A stretch of DNA of 64,000 bases, from positions 64,001-128,000 of the forward strand of contig JAYSWN010000068.1 in NCBI GenBank assembly GCA_043718025.1, given 5' to 3'. Positions 31,412 through 41,540 of this stretch are shown piece after piece. The notes beneath the pieces are model-generated. The model did not search any database. It saw nothing but the letters and a program-made list of their open reading frames with translations, and was not told the DNA's origin. The position numbers and the translations under genes were made by a program. Each line of letters opens with the position of its first letter. The first letter of the stretch is position 1. Source of the stretch: Pseudomonadota bacterium. Its GTDB lineage: Bacteria; Bdellovibrionota; FAC87; UBA2466.

Positions 31412-33006
31412 GCAGCAAAGACTCGGCAAAGGAAATTAAGGAGACCGACCCCCGCATTCTTAATCGTCAGGCCATGGACACGTTACTGGCCCGTCTTGAT
31501 GGGGCCCTTCAGTTGGCGAATTTGGGCGGAGGAGAAAAATATAACGACCGCCATGTGAAGCGCGGAAAGCTATTGCCGCGCGAACGGATCGATCGACTCC
31601 TGGATCCCGGCTCATACTTTTTGGAGTTGATGCCGCTCGCGGGCCATGAAATGGCGGGCGAGCTGACCGGTGCTGGCGTTATTGGTGGCGTCGGTCTGGT
31701 GGCCGGATCACCGTGGCTTATCGTCGCCAACGAATGCACCGTGAAAGCCGGAGCCATTAGCCGCGTGGGCGTGCAGAAGCTGTCACGCTTAGCCGTCGTG
31801 GCGATGGAGAATCATTTGCCGGTTATGTATTTAGTAGAGTCGGCCGGTTTGGAATTGCCGACGCAGGGAGAAACTTTTGTGCCGACCGGACGAGAGTTTC
31901 GGGATTTGGCGCGGCGGTCAAAAATGCGTTTACCGACGGTGGCGGTGGTGTTTGGGACGTCGACGGCCGGAGGGGCATACCTTCCGGGAATGTCCGACTA
32001 CGTAATTTTAGTGCGAGACAAAGCCCACGTATTTTTGGGGGGGCCGCCCCTAGTGCGAATGGCTACCGGTGAAGTGATGGACGAAGAGAGTCTGGGGGGG
32101 GCCGAGATGCACGCGACAAAGTCGGGGCTTGGTGATTTTTTGGCCGATGATGAAGAGCAGGCCCTCGGGATGGCACGCGAGATTGCTGGGCACATTAGAA
32201 GAGTAGGAGTGCAGAAAGCGGATCGAGCCTCGGTAGACCCGGAAAAAAATCCGGAAGAGCTTTTGGAGATTCCTTCGGCGAATAAACGGATCCCTTTTGA
32301 GGCGAGAGAAATCTTAGCGCGCATCGTGGATGCGGGAAGTTTTTTTGAATTTAAACCGCTATATGGGCCCAGTTTGGTCACTGGATGGGCCAGAATCCAT
32401 GGTTTTTCGGTGGGTTTTTTAGCCAATAATGGGGTGTTAGACGCTCAATCCGCCGCAAAAGGGGCCCATTTCATAGCGCTTTGTAACCAGAGCAACACGC
32501 CGATTTTATTCTTTCAAAACACTACAGGCTTTATGGTGGGCAAGAGTTACGAAGAGACGGGTATTATTCGCTACGGTTCGAAACTTGTGGCGGCGGTTTC
32601 TAATTCCAAAGTTCCGGCCATCACCATAATGATGGGCTCAAGTTACGGCGCCGGGAATTATGCGATGTGTGGGCGTGCGTATGAACCGCGGTTTCTCTTC
32701 AGTTGGCCGAATCACCGGATCGCGGTGATGGGTGGTGCAGAGTTAGGTGGCGTGATGTCGCTCATCAAGCGGGAGTCTGCAGAGCGCGAAGGGCGGCCGG
32801 TCGATGAAGCTGCCTTGGCCGCCGCGGCAAAAGAGACCGAAGCTAAAATTGAATCGCAATCAGACGCCTTTTACGCCACCGCCCGGCTTTGGGACGACGG
32901 TATTTTAGATCCGCGCGACACGAGAAATGTTTTGGGAATTTGCTTGTCGCTGGTTAACGAAGCTGGGTTCGAAGGAACCATGGCGTGGGGAGTGGTACGC
33001 CATTGA
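31408..33006 (+). CDS. Acyl-CoA carboxylase carboxyltransferase (beta) subunit
   Basis: [48 protein letters not shown]. Confidence 0.93.
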   Translation: MSSKDSAKEIKETDPRILNRQAMDTLLARLDGALQLANLGGGEKYNDRHVKRGKLLPRERIDRLLDPGSYFLELMPLAGHEMAGELTGAGVIGGVGLVAGSPWLIVANECTVKAGAISRVGVQKLSRLAVVAMENHLPVMYLVESAGLELPTQGETFVPTGREFRDLARRSKMRLPTVAVVFGTSTAGGAYLPGMSDYVILVRDKAHVFLGGPPLVRMATGEVMDEESLGGAEMHATKSGLGDFLADDEEQALGMAREIAGHIRRVGVQKADRASVDPEKNPEELLEIPSANKRIPFEAREILARIVDAGSFFEFKPLYGPSLVTGWARIHGFSVGFLANNGVLDAQSAAKGAHFIALCNQSNTPILFFQNTTGFMVGKSYEETGIIRYGSKLVAAVSNSKVPAITIMMGSSYGAGNYAMCGRAYEPRFLFSWPNHRIAVMGGAELGGVMSLIKRESAEREGRPVDEAALAAAAKETEAKIESQSDAFYATARLWDDGILDPRDTRNVLGICLSLVNEAGFEGTMAWGVVRH

Positions 33007-34982
33007 AAACAAGAGAAATTAGAAAAGTATTCGTGGCTAATCGCGGTGAAGTGGCGTGCCGAATTATTCGGGCCTGTCACGAGTTAGGAAAAGCCGCGGT
33101 AGTTGGTTATTCCGAGGCGGATAAAAGATCGATGGCGGTCGCGCAAGCAGATGAGGCAGTGTGTTTAGGGGCTGCCGTTTCTGCAGAGTCCTATCTCAAC
33201 GTGGCTAAAGTGATTGGCGCCGCAAAAGCGACTGGTTGCGATGCGATACATCCTGGTTATGGTTTTTTGTCGGAAAATTCATTGTTCGCCGCCGAAGTGG
33301 AAAAGGCCGGTCTGATCTTTATTGGCCCGACGGCAAAAGCGATGGAAGCGCTGGGTGACAAATCAAGGGCCAGAGCCCAGGCCGAGAAGGCTAATGTTCC
33401 AGTTCCCCCGGGATTTTCTAAGGCTGACGCTACCGCGAAGGAATGGAAACAGGCCGCGGATAAAATTGGGTATCCCGTCTTAGTGAAAGCCGTAGCCGGC
33501 GGCGGTGGCCGGGGAATTCGAAAAGTGAATCAGGCCGATGAATTGGATTCGGCGATTGAGTCGGCGCAGGCCGAGGCGCAGAGTGGCTTTGGACGTGGCG
33601 AAGTGCTTTTGGAAAAGTGTCTGGACCGGGCGCGCCACATTGAAGTGCAAGTGATTGGGGACACTCACGGCAATGTAGTGGCCTTAGGGGAACGGGAATG
33701 TTCTCTGCAACGGCGTCGCCAGAAAGTTTGGGAAGAAAGTCCGGCGCCAAAACTCTCCGCAAAAGGCAGATCGGCACTACTCACCGCAGCGGTGACCTTA
33801 GCCAAATCAGTGGGCTACCATAATGCCGGTACGCTTGAGTTTTTGGTGGGAGACGACGAAACCTTTTTCTTTTTGGAGATGAATACTCGTTTGCAGGTAG
33901 AACATCCGGTAACCGAAATGGTGACGGGTACTGATTTGGTAAAGCTACAAATTGCGGTGGCCGAGGGCAAATCGCTTCCTTTTACCCAAGAGCAAGTGAG
34001 ATCACTCGGTAGTGCCATCGAGGTACGTCTCTGTGCGGAAGATCCGAGCGAAGGGTTTCGCCCGTCGACTGGCAAACTGTTGTTGGTTGAGTTCCCCTGC
34101 ATGGACAATGTGAGAATCGAGACGGGCTTTCAGACCGGGGACGAAATTCCCATGGAGTACGACTCGCTACTGGCCAAAATTATTGCTTGGGGCGAAACCC
34201 GCGCGGAGGCAGTGGCCAAGTTGATCCAGGCGCTCGAGGGGACTTCAATCTTGGGCATCACCACCAACCGTGACTTTTTACTAAAACTCGCGAAGGACGA
34301 ACCAGTAACAAAAGGTGAATTTGATATTTCGTACGTTGAAAATGTTTTTGTGAAAAAACAGGCGGATCGCTCGAATGTTGAATTGGGAACGTTGGCCGCG
34401 GCTACCGCGATATTTTTACGCCAGCGCCAAGAAGGATTAGGCTGCGCGCCGCCTGGGTTTCGTAACAACCGGAAGGCGTGGGCGTTCGTTGATTGGCAGG
34501 AAGAGGGCGCTAAGACCGCCACGCGAATACGATATAAAAGTTATGCGACACTTGAGTGGGAGTTTGCGATTGATGGCAAAGAAGGCAAAGGAAGAATCCT
34601 TTTTGAAAAAGACAACCGGGTGGTTTGGGAGTGGGGCGGGAAGAGCCGGCCGGTTACCTTCGCGGTGGTAGGAAGCCGTATTTCGCTTGCTTCGCCTGAT
34701 TCTGTGCGTAGTTTTTCGCTTGCCGAAGTGTCGGCGGCTCATTCATCGCGGCGGAAAAAGGGGCAGGTGAGAAGCCCCATGCCCGGTAAAGTTTCAAAAG
34801 TTTTAGTTGGAAATGGAGACGTGGTTGAAGAAGGGCGGTTGCTCGCCGTTCTCGAAGCCATGAAGCTCGAACATTCCATTCGGGCGCCGCACGCAGGGAA
34901 GGTTCAAAAGGTTCTGGTCAAAGTAGGTCAGAACGTAACCCTTGGCGCCGAATTGATTCTAATTGAGGAGACTCAGGCGTGA
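33003..34982 (+). CDS. Acyl-CoA carboxylase alpha subunit (biotin carboxylase plus biotin carrier)
   Basis: [44 protein letters not shown] biotin site; TTG 33003 overlaps the upstream stop. Confidence 0.95.
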   Translation: MKTREIRKVFVANRGEVACRIIRACHELGKAAVVGYSEADKRSMAVAQADEAVCLGAAVSAESYLNVAKVIGAAKATGCDAIHPGYGFLSENSLFAAEVEKAGLIFIGPTAKAMEALGDKSRARAQAEKANVPVPPGFSKADATAKEWKQAADKIGYPVLVKAVAGGGGRGIRKVNQADELDSAIESAQAEAQSGFGRGEVLLEKCLDRARHIEVQVIGDTHGNVVALGERECSLQRRRQKVWEESPAPKLSAKGRSALLTAAVTLAKSVGYHNAGTLEFLVGDDETFFFLEMNTRLQVEHPVTEMVTGTDLVKLQIAVAEGKSLPFTQEQVRSLGSAIEVRLCAEDPSEGFRPSTGKLLLVEFPCMDNVRIETGFQTGDEIPMEYDSLLAKIIAWGETRAEAVAKLIQALEGTSILGITTNRDFLLKLAKDEPVTKGEFDISYVENVFVKKQADRSNVELGTLAAATAIFLRQRQEGLGCAPPGFRNNRKAWAFVDWQEEGAKTATRIRYKSYATLEWEFAIDGKEGKGRILFEKDNRVVWEWGGKSRPVTFAVVGSRISLASPDSVRSFSLAEVSAAHSSRRKKGQVRSPMPGKVSKVLVGNGDVVEEGRLLAVLEAMKLEHSIRAPHAGKVQKVLVKVGQNVTLGAELILIEETQA

Positions 34983-35323
34983 CGGTGAAGTTAGCGGCTG
35001 CGATTGCCCTTTCTTTTTTTATCGGAATTCTCGTCGACCACTATTTAGTGAGCCCGGCCCTACTGAATGTTTGGCCCACGTGGGTGCGACACCGACCCGA
35101 CATTGCGGATGCAAGAATAGTATTGCGCGAAGATACGGCCCAAAAATGGGAAGGCGGGCTGGAGACGTTTGGCATTAAGTCGGGCGATCTTTTGATTAGT
35201 ATAAATGGAGTTAAAGACCAGACGATGTTTCAAGAGCTGGTCGATGGCTACAACCGCGGCAAAGTATGCGTGCTTTACGAACGGGATGAAAAACAACGTG
35301 AAGTCTGTTGGGCGAAAAAATGA
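34979..35323 (+). CDS. Small membrane-anchored protein with PDZ-like segment
   Basis: N-terminal TM; FGIKSGDLLISING PDZ-like motif; GTGA overlap and GAGGAG RBS. Confidence 0.65.
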   Translation: MTVKLAAAIALSFFIGILVDHYLVSPALLNVWPTWVRHRPDIADARIVLREDTAQKWEGGLETFGIKSGDLLISINGVKDQTMFQELVDGYNRGKVCVLYERDEKQREVCWAKK

Positions 35324-35357
35324 GTTTGAGGTAGCCCTCGAAAGCCGGACACGGTTT

Positions 35358-36584
35358 TTAGAACTCGCGCCACAAAACACCTGAAGCCAGCTTCGGGAAA
35401 AAGAAAGTTGATTTTTGGGGCATGCATTTGCCCTCATCGGCTACGGCCAGAACGTGTTCTACTTTGGGCGGAGCATGAAAAATAATTGCTTGCGCCTTGG
35501 CCCGTTTTTCCCACAGCGGATCAATGTCTTTGCCGTAGGTGACGTGTTCGCGGCGGTTTTCGTCGTTGACTCCCAGGAGCGGAAGCAATTTACGATCGGA
35601 CCAAGTGACCGAAACCTGAGTGAGCGCTGGACCCCATTCAGCCTCTTCAGGCAAGCCACGTTTTGGCGTGGCCAAATAGAGATCGCCTAAGAAATAGAGG
35701 CCAAATGCCGCCACCGGAAGGGGCTTAGACAAAAACTTTTTCATCTCGCCCGGAGACACCCGGTGGAGATCAAAAAATGGCTCAAGTAAGGTGAGCGAAA
35801 GTGACTCGGCATTTAGCCCCGACACATAGCGGTGCGTGGGCAGTACCAATAACGCCGGATCTGAAGCGTTGGCGATGGCGAACATGGTCCAGGCTTCTGG
35901 CTTATCGAGATTACCCAGCGAGCCCGTCTCGCGCGCCAGTTGCAGTGCGCTTTCGTAGCGGTGATGACCGTCAACTAGATAGATCGAACGCGACGAAAAG
36001 AAGTGGGTGATATCGTCCGAGAAAATCGCCGGCACCTGCCAAATGGCGTGGGTAATGCCATCGTCGGTCTTGCTCTCAAAGAGCGGAGCGGTAGAGGCGA
36101 CTTTTTCGTAGATGGACGACAAATGATTTTCTTTGTCTTTCACCATGCCGAAGATGGGGCTTAAATTCGATTGCGTCTCTTTCGTAAGCCGAAGACGGTC
36201 TTCTTTGTATTTTCCAAAAGTATTTTCGTGCGGGAGGATCGCTTTTTCGGCGTACTCGGCCAGAGCGCCCAAACCAAAAAGGGTGCTGCGACGGCGCGGA
36301 GCTCCGTTCCACGGGTAGCTTTGCTGATACAGATAGAAGCTGGAAACAGATGAACGCTTTACTACGTGGTCAATTTTCCAGGCCTTAAGTAGTTCCGCGC
36401 TATGTTGATAGCCGGCATCATCGGTGGTGGGAACATCCACATGAACAAAATTGTAAGGGCTGCGATTGCGAAAGATTTCTAACATTTCCGGGCTGATCAC
36501 GTCGTAAGGCGGAGTGATGACGTCCGAGAGGGTAAGCGACAGGGGCTCAAAATGAGTGCCGGTAAAAGGGCGAAACTGCGACAT
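35358..36584 (-). CDS. DUF1015 family protein
   Basis: PPYDVI, PHENT, DGHHRYE, MPQKSTFFFPKLASG. Confidence 0.9.
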   Translation of the reverse strand: MSQFRPFTGTHFEPLSLTLSDVITPPYDVISPEMLEIFRNRSPYNFVHVDVPTTDDAGYQHSAELLKAWKIDHVVKRSSVSSFYLYQQSYPWNGAPRRRSTLFGLGALAEYAEKAILPHENTFGKYKEDRLRLTKETQSNLSPIFGMVKDKENHLSSIYEKVASTAPLFESKTDDGITHAIWQVPAIFSDDITHFFSSRSIYLVDGHHRYESALQLARETGSLGNLDKPEAWTMFAIANASDPALLVLPTHRYVSGLNAESLSLTLLEPFFDLHRVSPGEMKKFLSKPLPVAAFGLYFLGDLYLATPKRGLPEEAEWGPALTQVSVTWSDRKLLPLLGVNDENRREHVTYGKDIDPLWEKRAKAQAIIFHAPPKVEHVLAVADEGKCMPQKSTFFFPKLASGVLWREF

Positions 36585-36593
36585 ATGATGTAC

Positions 36594-37853
36594 CTATATA
36601 TTTCCTACATCCGTTCTAAAGAAGCGCCCCTCGAATGTCACTTTTTCAAGTCGTTGGTACGCAAAAAGTCGCGCTTGGGCACGATCTTTGCCGCGCCCAC
36701 AAGCGCCGAGCACCCGGCCGCCCGAGGTTATGAGGGTTTCACCCTTCTTTGACGCGCCGGAATAAAATAACCAGGCCTCTTCGCTATCGGTTCCCGAATC
36801 GGTGATCTCTTTGCCTTTTTCGAAGTGGCCCGGGTAACCTTGGCTAGCGGCCACGACGTAAACGGTATGCATGGGGTCGAACGCAATAGAAGGGGGGGCG
36901 TCGCCCCTCGCCACGCTCTGTAAAATTTCAAAGAAATTGCCCAGCACACGCGGCAATGTGGCTTGGGTTTCCGGATCCCCGAATCGAGTGTTGAATTCGA
37001 GAACGTACGGGTCCCCTGCCGGCGAAATCATAATTCCAATGTAGAGCGCACCTCGATAATCAAAGTTTTCTTGTTCAAAGCCATTAAGCACGGGCCGAAC
37101 GATTGTTTTTCTAATCTTTGTCGCAAGCTCCGGTGTTTCGTAAGGAGAGGGAGAGATCACTCCCATGCCCCCGGTATTTGGCCCGGCGTTGCCATCGTGC
37201 GCGCGTTTATAATCGGTGCCGGAAGGTAGGGGAATAAATTTTTTACCGTCGCAGAGGCCGATCCACGAGATCTCGGTGCCGGGCAAACAGTCTTCAACCA
37301 CGATGGCCTGGGGGCCCGGGCCGAATTCGTGTTGTTGCCAAACGCGGTTCGAAAACTCAAGTGCCTCGGCTCTGTTTTGCGGAAGCACGACCCCCTTTCC
37401 GGCCGCCAAGCCGTCGAGTTTTAGCACGGTAGGGTAGGCGACGGTGTTGAGGATGGCTTCGAGAGCTTCCGGACTGCGCGCCACCTGAAATTTAGCGGTG
37501 GGCACATTGTGCCGGCTTAAAAATTCTTTGGCGAAAACTTTGCTGGTCTCCAGCTGCGCGGCGAATTTACTAGGGGCACAAACATCGAAGCCCTTGGACC
37601 GTAAAAAATCGGAGTAGCCGTCGTCTAAGAGAAGCTCTGGTCCAATGACGACGAGATCGATTTTTCTTTCGCTGATCAGCTTGGCTAAAACGTCGCGATC
37701 TCTAGCCTCAGCGGGCAGAACGGGAAAGCCACTGCGCTCAATTCCCGCGTTGCCGGGGTAGAGGTAAACGTTTTCTTTTTTGATGTCGCGGGCCAAACGC
37801 CACGCTAGCGCGTGCTCTCGACCGCCGCTTCCCATAACCAAGACTTTAGGCAT
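36594..37853 (-). CDS. purD: Phosphoribosylamine-glycine ligase
   Basis: GSGGREHAL, KLDGLAAGKGV, GPNTGGMG, EFNTRFGDPETQ, GGRVL. Confidence 0.97.
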   Translation of the reverse strand: MPKVLVMGSGGREHALAWRLARDIKKENVYLYPGNAGIERSGFPVLPAEARDRDVLAKLISERKIDLVVIGPELLLDDGYSDFLRSKGFDVCAPSKFAAQLETSKVFAKEFLSRHNVPTAKFQVARSPEALEAILNTVAYPTVLKLDGLAAGKGVVLPQNRAEALEFSNRVWQQHEFGPGPQAIVVEDCLPGTEISWIGLCDGKKFIPLPSGTDYKRAHDGNAGPNTGGMGVISPSPYETPELATKIRKTIVRPVLNGFEQENFDYRGALYIGIMISPAGDPYVLEFNTRFGDPETQATLPRVLGNFFEILQSVARGDAPPSIAFDPMHTVYVVAASQGYPGHFEKGKEITDSGTDSEEAWLFYSGASKKGETLITSGGRVLGACGRGKDRAQARLFAYQRLEKVTFEGRFFRTDVGNI

Positions 37854-37967
37854 GGGCGTAAACTAATGGTGCTTGGCGGAGGATTCAAGCGCAACCCTCG
37901 GACCGTGGCGAAATGCTTCTGTAGCTTGCGCTATAGCTGAAACTAACGGGTTGTTAATTCGGCATTT

Positions 37968-39713
37968 CTAGAACGTGCGCGAAAGAACGATAGCGGGGAT
38001 GTAAGTGGGGTGCCGGGTTAAGACATTGCGAATTTCGCCTTGGGCTTCGTCAGTACGGTGCAATCGTTTGTTGACCACGGCGAGACTGAAATGGGCCAAC
38101 GCCGAAGTGGGCTCTAATTCGGCTGATTTTTTAAAATCGGCGTGGGCATCGGTGATTTGTCCCATACGCAAGCGGGCTTCGCCGCGCAAGATGTAGGCGT
38201 AATAGCCAAACTCAGAAAGTATATTGGGCAACCGGCCAGTGGCCACCTTTAACTCTTCAAGCGATGCCTCCCGGGCCAGCACCACTTTGAGGGCTAGCAC
38301 CTTGGCCATGGTGCCACTGGAGACGGCGACGGCTTCGAGTTTGGGCCCTTCCGGGCCTTGTGGTCCATGATTAAGATAGTTGAGATAGAGCTTACCCAAT
38401 TCTTTTTCTTCGCTGAGTGAGTCGCCCATCACCTTGGTGAAACCTTTTAAATAGTCTTCGTAATCGGTCTTTTCACGGTAGAAACCCCAAGGCGCCGGAC
38501 TGTTCACTTCGAACAGGGGATCGCGGGTGAGCATTTTTTTAATGGTGGCCTGCGCCAACTCTTTTTCGCCGTGATCGGCCAGCACTACCGCGTAGTAGAG
38601 GTAGCTCACCCAGCGATCGGGAGAGGCAAGTATCGCTTTTTGAAAAGAGGCTTTTGCCTCGGCGTAGTGGCCCAGTTCTAACTTTGCCCGCCCTTTGAAT
38701 AAATGGATGAGCCACAGGTCAGGTCGCTCAAGTTCCGCCAATTGAAAGTAGTCAAGCGCCTGGGAGTACTTCGACTGCAATAGATATGAGCGGCCCAATT
38801 CGAAACGGGAAGCCACTTCTTTAGTGTTGATTTGTAGTGAATCTAAAAAATGACTTTCGCCCATGTCGCCCTCGGCTAGGGCGAGCAACAAATACCCCAT
38901 CCAGTGGTGAGCCTGGGCTTTTACGGCCGGTGGAGTCGAAGAAGAGGTAAGCACTTGCTCTAAAAATTTTCTGGCGCGTTGGGGAGAATCACTTTCCATA
39001 ATGAGTAATGCCGAATAAGGGACCAGATATTCCAGATCACGCTTATCAGTATTCTTTTCGTGGAAACGGGTGAGCTCGGCCAAGGCGGATTTGGTTTCCC
39101 CGCGCTCAATCAGATCGTACACGTTTTTTAACATCGGCGAGCTGCCGCTCGAGGTTACCGGGCCCAAAACTTGATTGCGCGCTTTTGACTGACCCGGATT
39201 ATTGCGCATTTGACTGATTACCGCCGCGGCGATTGCGAACAGAAAAAGAAGCGTGATTAGCGGCGCTATTTTGCTGCCATTTCTTCGTGGTGCCGGGTGA
39301 GGCTGATGTTTCGTGCGGGCGTGCGGCGCCGGCTGATTCATGGGGTGTGACATTTGGGGATGCGGCGGCCGCGATTCAAAATCAGGAGTCGGGGTGAGGT
39401 CTTCTGCGCGACTCTGAGGAGGAATGGCGTGAGCCGAGGTCACTCCATGGTCATCCTCCTTGTTGTTCTCATTGGGGCCTTGGGACGACGTGCGGGTGAA
39501 ATGCTGGCTGCGGGTGCTGGTGCGAGTAAATTCATCGGCGTCGCGATAGCCAAGTGCCTGAGCCGAGATCCATTGCCCCTGCGTGGGGGCAATCTCGTCA
39601 TCGAGGGAAAAGGCTTTTTTTTGCAGCTCATCCCATAGCTCGCGTTGCGAATAGGGGCCAAGGACTTCTCCTTCGCGTGTTCGCACCAGCCATTCTTTAA
39701 GTGAATTGGTCAT
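37968..39713 (-). CDS. TPR-repeat membrane protein with GYF_2-like N-terminal domain
   Basis: WLVR...GPYS..EL...DDEI...W N-terminus, Pro/His-rich linker, single TM, multiple TPR-like helices. Confidence 0.78.
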   Translation of the reverse strand: MTNSLKEWLVRTREGEVLGPYSQRELWDELQKKAFSLDDEIAPTQGQWISAQALGYRDADEFTRTSTRSQHFTRTSSQGPNENNKEDDHGVTSAHAIPPQSRAEDLTPTPDFESRPPHPQMSHPMNQPAPHARTKHQPHPAPRRNGSKIAPLITLLFLFAIAAAVISQMRNNPGQSKARNQVLGPVTSSGSSPMLKNVYDLIERGETKSALAELTRFHEKNTDKRDLEYLVPYSALLIMESDSPQRARKFLEQVLTSSSTPPAVKAQAHHWMGYLLLALAEGDMGESHFLDSLQINTKEVASRFELGRSYLLQSKYSQALDYFQLAELERPDLWLIHLFKGRAKLELGHYAEAKASFQKAILASPDRWVSYLYYAVVLADHGEKELAQATIKKMLTRDPLFEVNSPAPWGFYREKTDYEDYLKGFTKVMGDSLSEEKELGKLYLNYLNHGPQGPEGPKLEAVAVSSGTMAKVLALKVVLAREASLEELKVATGRLPNILSEFGYYAYILRGEARLRMGQITDAHADFKKSAELEPTSALAHFSLAVVNKRLHRTDEAQGEIRNVLTRHPTYIPAIVLSRTF

Positions 39714-39784
39714 AAAAAATAAGGGTCTCTCAATTTACTTTTCGGTTGGAACGGCGAAAAGATTTAACCGGCTGGCGCGGCGAG

Positions 39785-41449
39785 TTATCCTGGGTTTTCG
39801 GGTGCCACTATTGGCGGTTTCAGTCGAGAAAGATCGGCGGGGCAAGTGTGCGTGGACGGCTCGCCTCCGGCCACGGGATAGAGCGCGCTGACCTCATTTC
39901 GGAGAGCGGCTAATTTCGTTTCATCATAGCGTGCGCTGAAATTGGCGACGTGGTATTCAGCCGCCTTTCTCACCGTGGCATCCGAGGAGAGGTGCATCTG
40001 GCGGAGGATTGGCCACCATCTCGGTGAGGCAACGACCGAAGACGGGGCGTTATGCAGAGCCGCGGCGCGCAGAGGGAGGGGCGTTTTTTTATCCCCGATC
40101 AGATTTAGCATCTCCTTCTCCAAAATTGGATTGCCGTCGGCGTAATGGATGAGGAGACGCAAATAGCCAAATGGGGAGTTTGAACTCTTATTGGCCATCA
40201 CGGCCGATGCCACTTTAGGGTGTGAACTATCGATAGACGTCGCGGTGGAATACTGGTTAGAGAGATTCAGGGCGCGGCGCACTTCGCTGGCATCAAAGTG
40301 ATTTACCAGTTCACTCAGCGTTTTCTCGTCCAAGGTAGTTTGAAAACTATTCGATATTTCGATCAGCAGTTCTCTGGCGAAAGGGACCTTCTTTTTTTCA
40401 TGAGTGTGGAGACCTTCAAGTACCGCAACCAACTCGGGACCATAGATTGGGCGACGGGTAAGTTCGCTGTAGACGCGTCTCAAATTCGGATCGGTCAGTT
40501 GGGGTCCCGCCTGCCCTGAAACGTGAGCAACGCTTCCTACGATGATTACTGCGGTGCTTACTCTATGGCGAATCAGACGCGCGAGGTTTTTTTTAGTTAA
40601 GAGCCGCTGCGTCTCTTTCTCCATCTCGACAACCGCTAGTTCGTCTGGCATGTGGAGCCAGCGAATCAGCTCGGTTAACTCTTCTGGTGGAGCTTCGACA
40701 TGCCGACGTAGCTCAAAATGATCTTTGGCGATCATACGAACCAGCCCACGGGAGTAGAGTTCCTCGCTATATTTTGAAGTTCGGCGACCGAAGAAGAGAT
40801 CGCGAGCCGCATTTTTGTCGATGAGGCGCATCAGCATCAAACGATTGTAAGCGGTGACCTTGGCCGTGAGGTCAGTGCCGTCGGTGCGGCTGATGTGAAA
40901 ATGGTAACTCACTGGTTGGCCTTTGGCGGCGATCGGGGCATTCAGCGCTGCTTCGATGCCAGCCATTTTCGCAAAGTGGGTGATTCGTTTCAGGTACGCC
41001 GCAGGATCATTGGTGCTACCGTTAAATTTGATTTCCATTTTGCCATTGTCGCGGTGCCAAATCATGCCTTCGAGAGTGGCTGCGTCGTCCCCATTGAGAT
41101 CATGGCGTAGAGGAGGCTGCCCGTATGCCGAGGCGAGAGCGATTACAACTTCTGCCTGGATTTTGGGATCTCGTTGGTTGAGCGGTTGGCTTTTCCAGCG
41201 GACGTATTTTCTCGCTAACGCACGGGGCAATGCCTTCGGGTTTTTTTCAATTTCGTTCTCTACCCAACCCCAATCAAATAGGGGCAGCAGCGGCTTTAGC
41301 TGAATTGCCGATAGCTCTACTTCCATCGCCATTTCGTAACGCCCCTTTTTATCTGCCAACGAGGGTTCTCCAAGAACCAATGTGGAAAATAGGGCGAGGA
41401 TCAGGCAAAGCAATGGAATCGTCTGTTTAAACGGTGAGCTTAACCTCAT
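39785..41449 (-). CDS. Hypothetical secreted protein
   Basis: 554-aa ORF with signal peptide and helical C-terminus; no recognised family. Confidence 0.7.
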   Translation of the reverse strand: MRLSSPFKQTIPLLCLILALFSTLVLGEPSLADKKGRYEMAMEVELSAIQLKPLLPLFDWGWVENEIEKNPKALPRALARKYVRWKSQPLNQRDPKIQAEVVIALASAYGQPPLRHDLNGDDAATLEGMIWHRDNGKMEIKFNGSTNDPAAYLKRITHFAKMAGIEAALNAPIAAKGQPVSYHFHISRTDGTDLTAKVTAYNRLMLMRLIDKNAARDLFFGRRTSKYSEELYSRGLVRMIAKDHFELRRHVEAPPEELTELIRWLHMPDELAVVEMEKETQRLLTKKNLARLIRHRVSTAVIIVGSVAHVSGQAGPQLTDPNLRRVYSELTRRPIYGPELVAVLEGLHTHEKKKVPFARELLIEISNSFQTTLDEKTLSELVNHFDASEVRRALNLSNQYSTATSIDSSHPKVASAVMANKSSNSPFGYLRLLIHYADGNPILEKEMLNLIGDKKTPLPLRAAALHNAPSSVVASPRWWPILRQMHLSSDATVRKAAEYHVANFSARYDETKLAALRNEVSALYPVAGGEPSTHTCPADLSRLKPPIVAPENPG

Positions 41450-41540
41450 TAGCGCAATCCTTATCTAGTTCTATCGGCAAGTTAGATGGGTTCGATGATA
41501 GTCGAAGCGCAATTCATAGACGCTCTGCGGCAGCGTGGGG

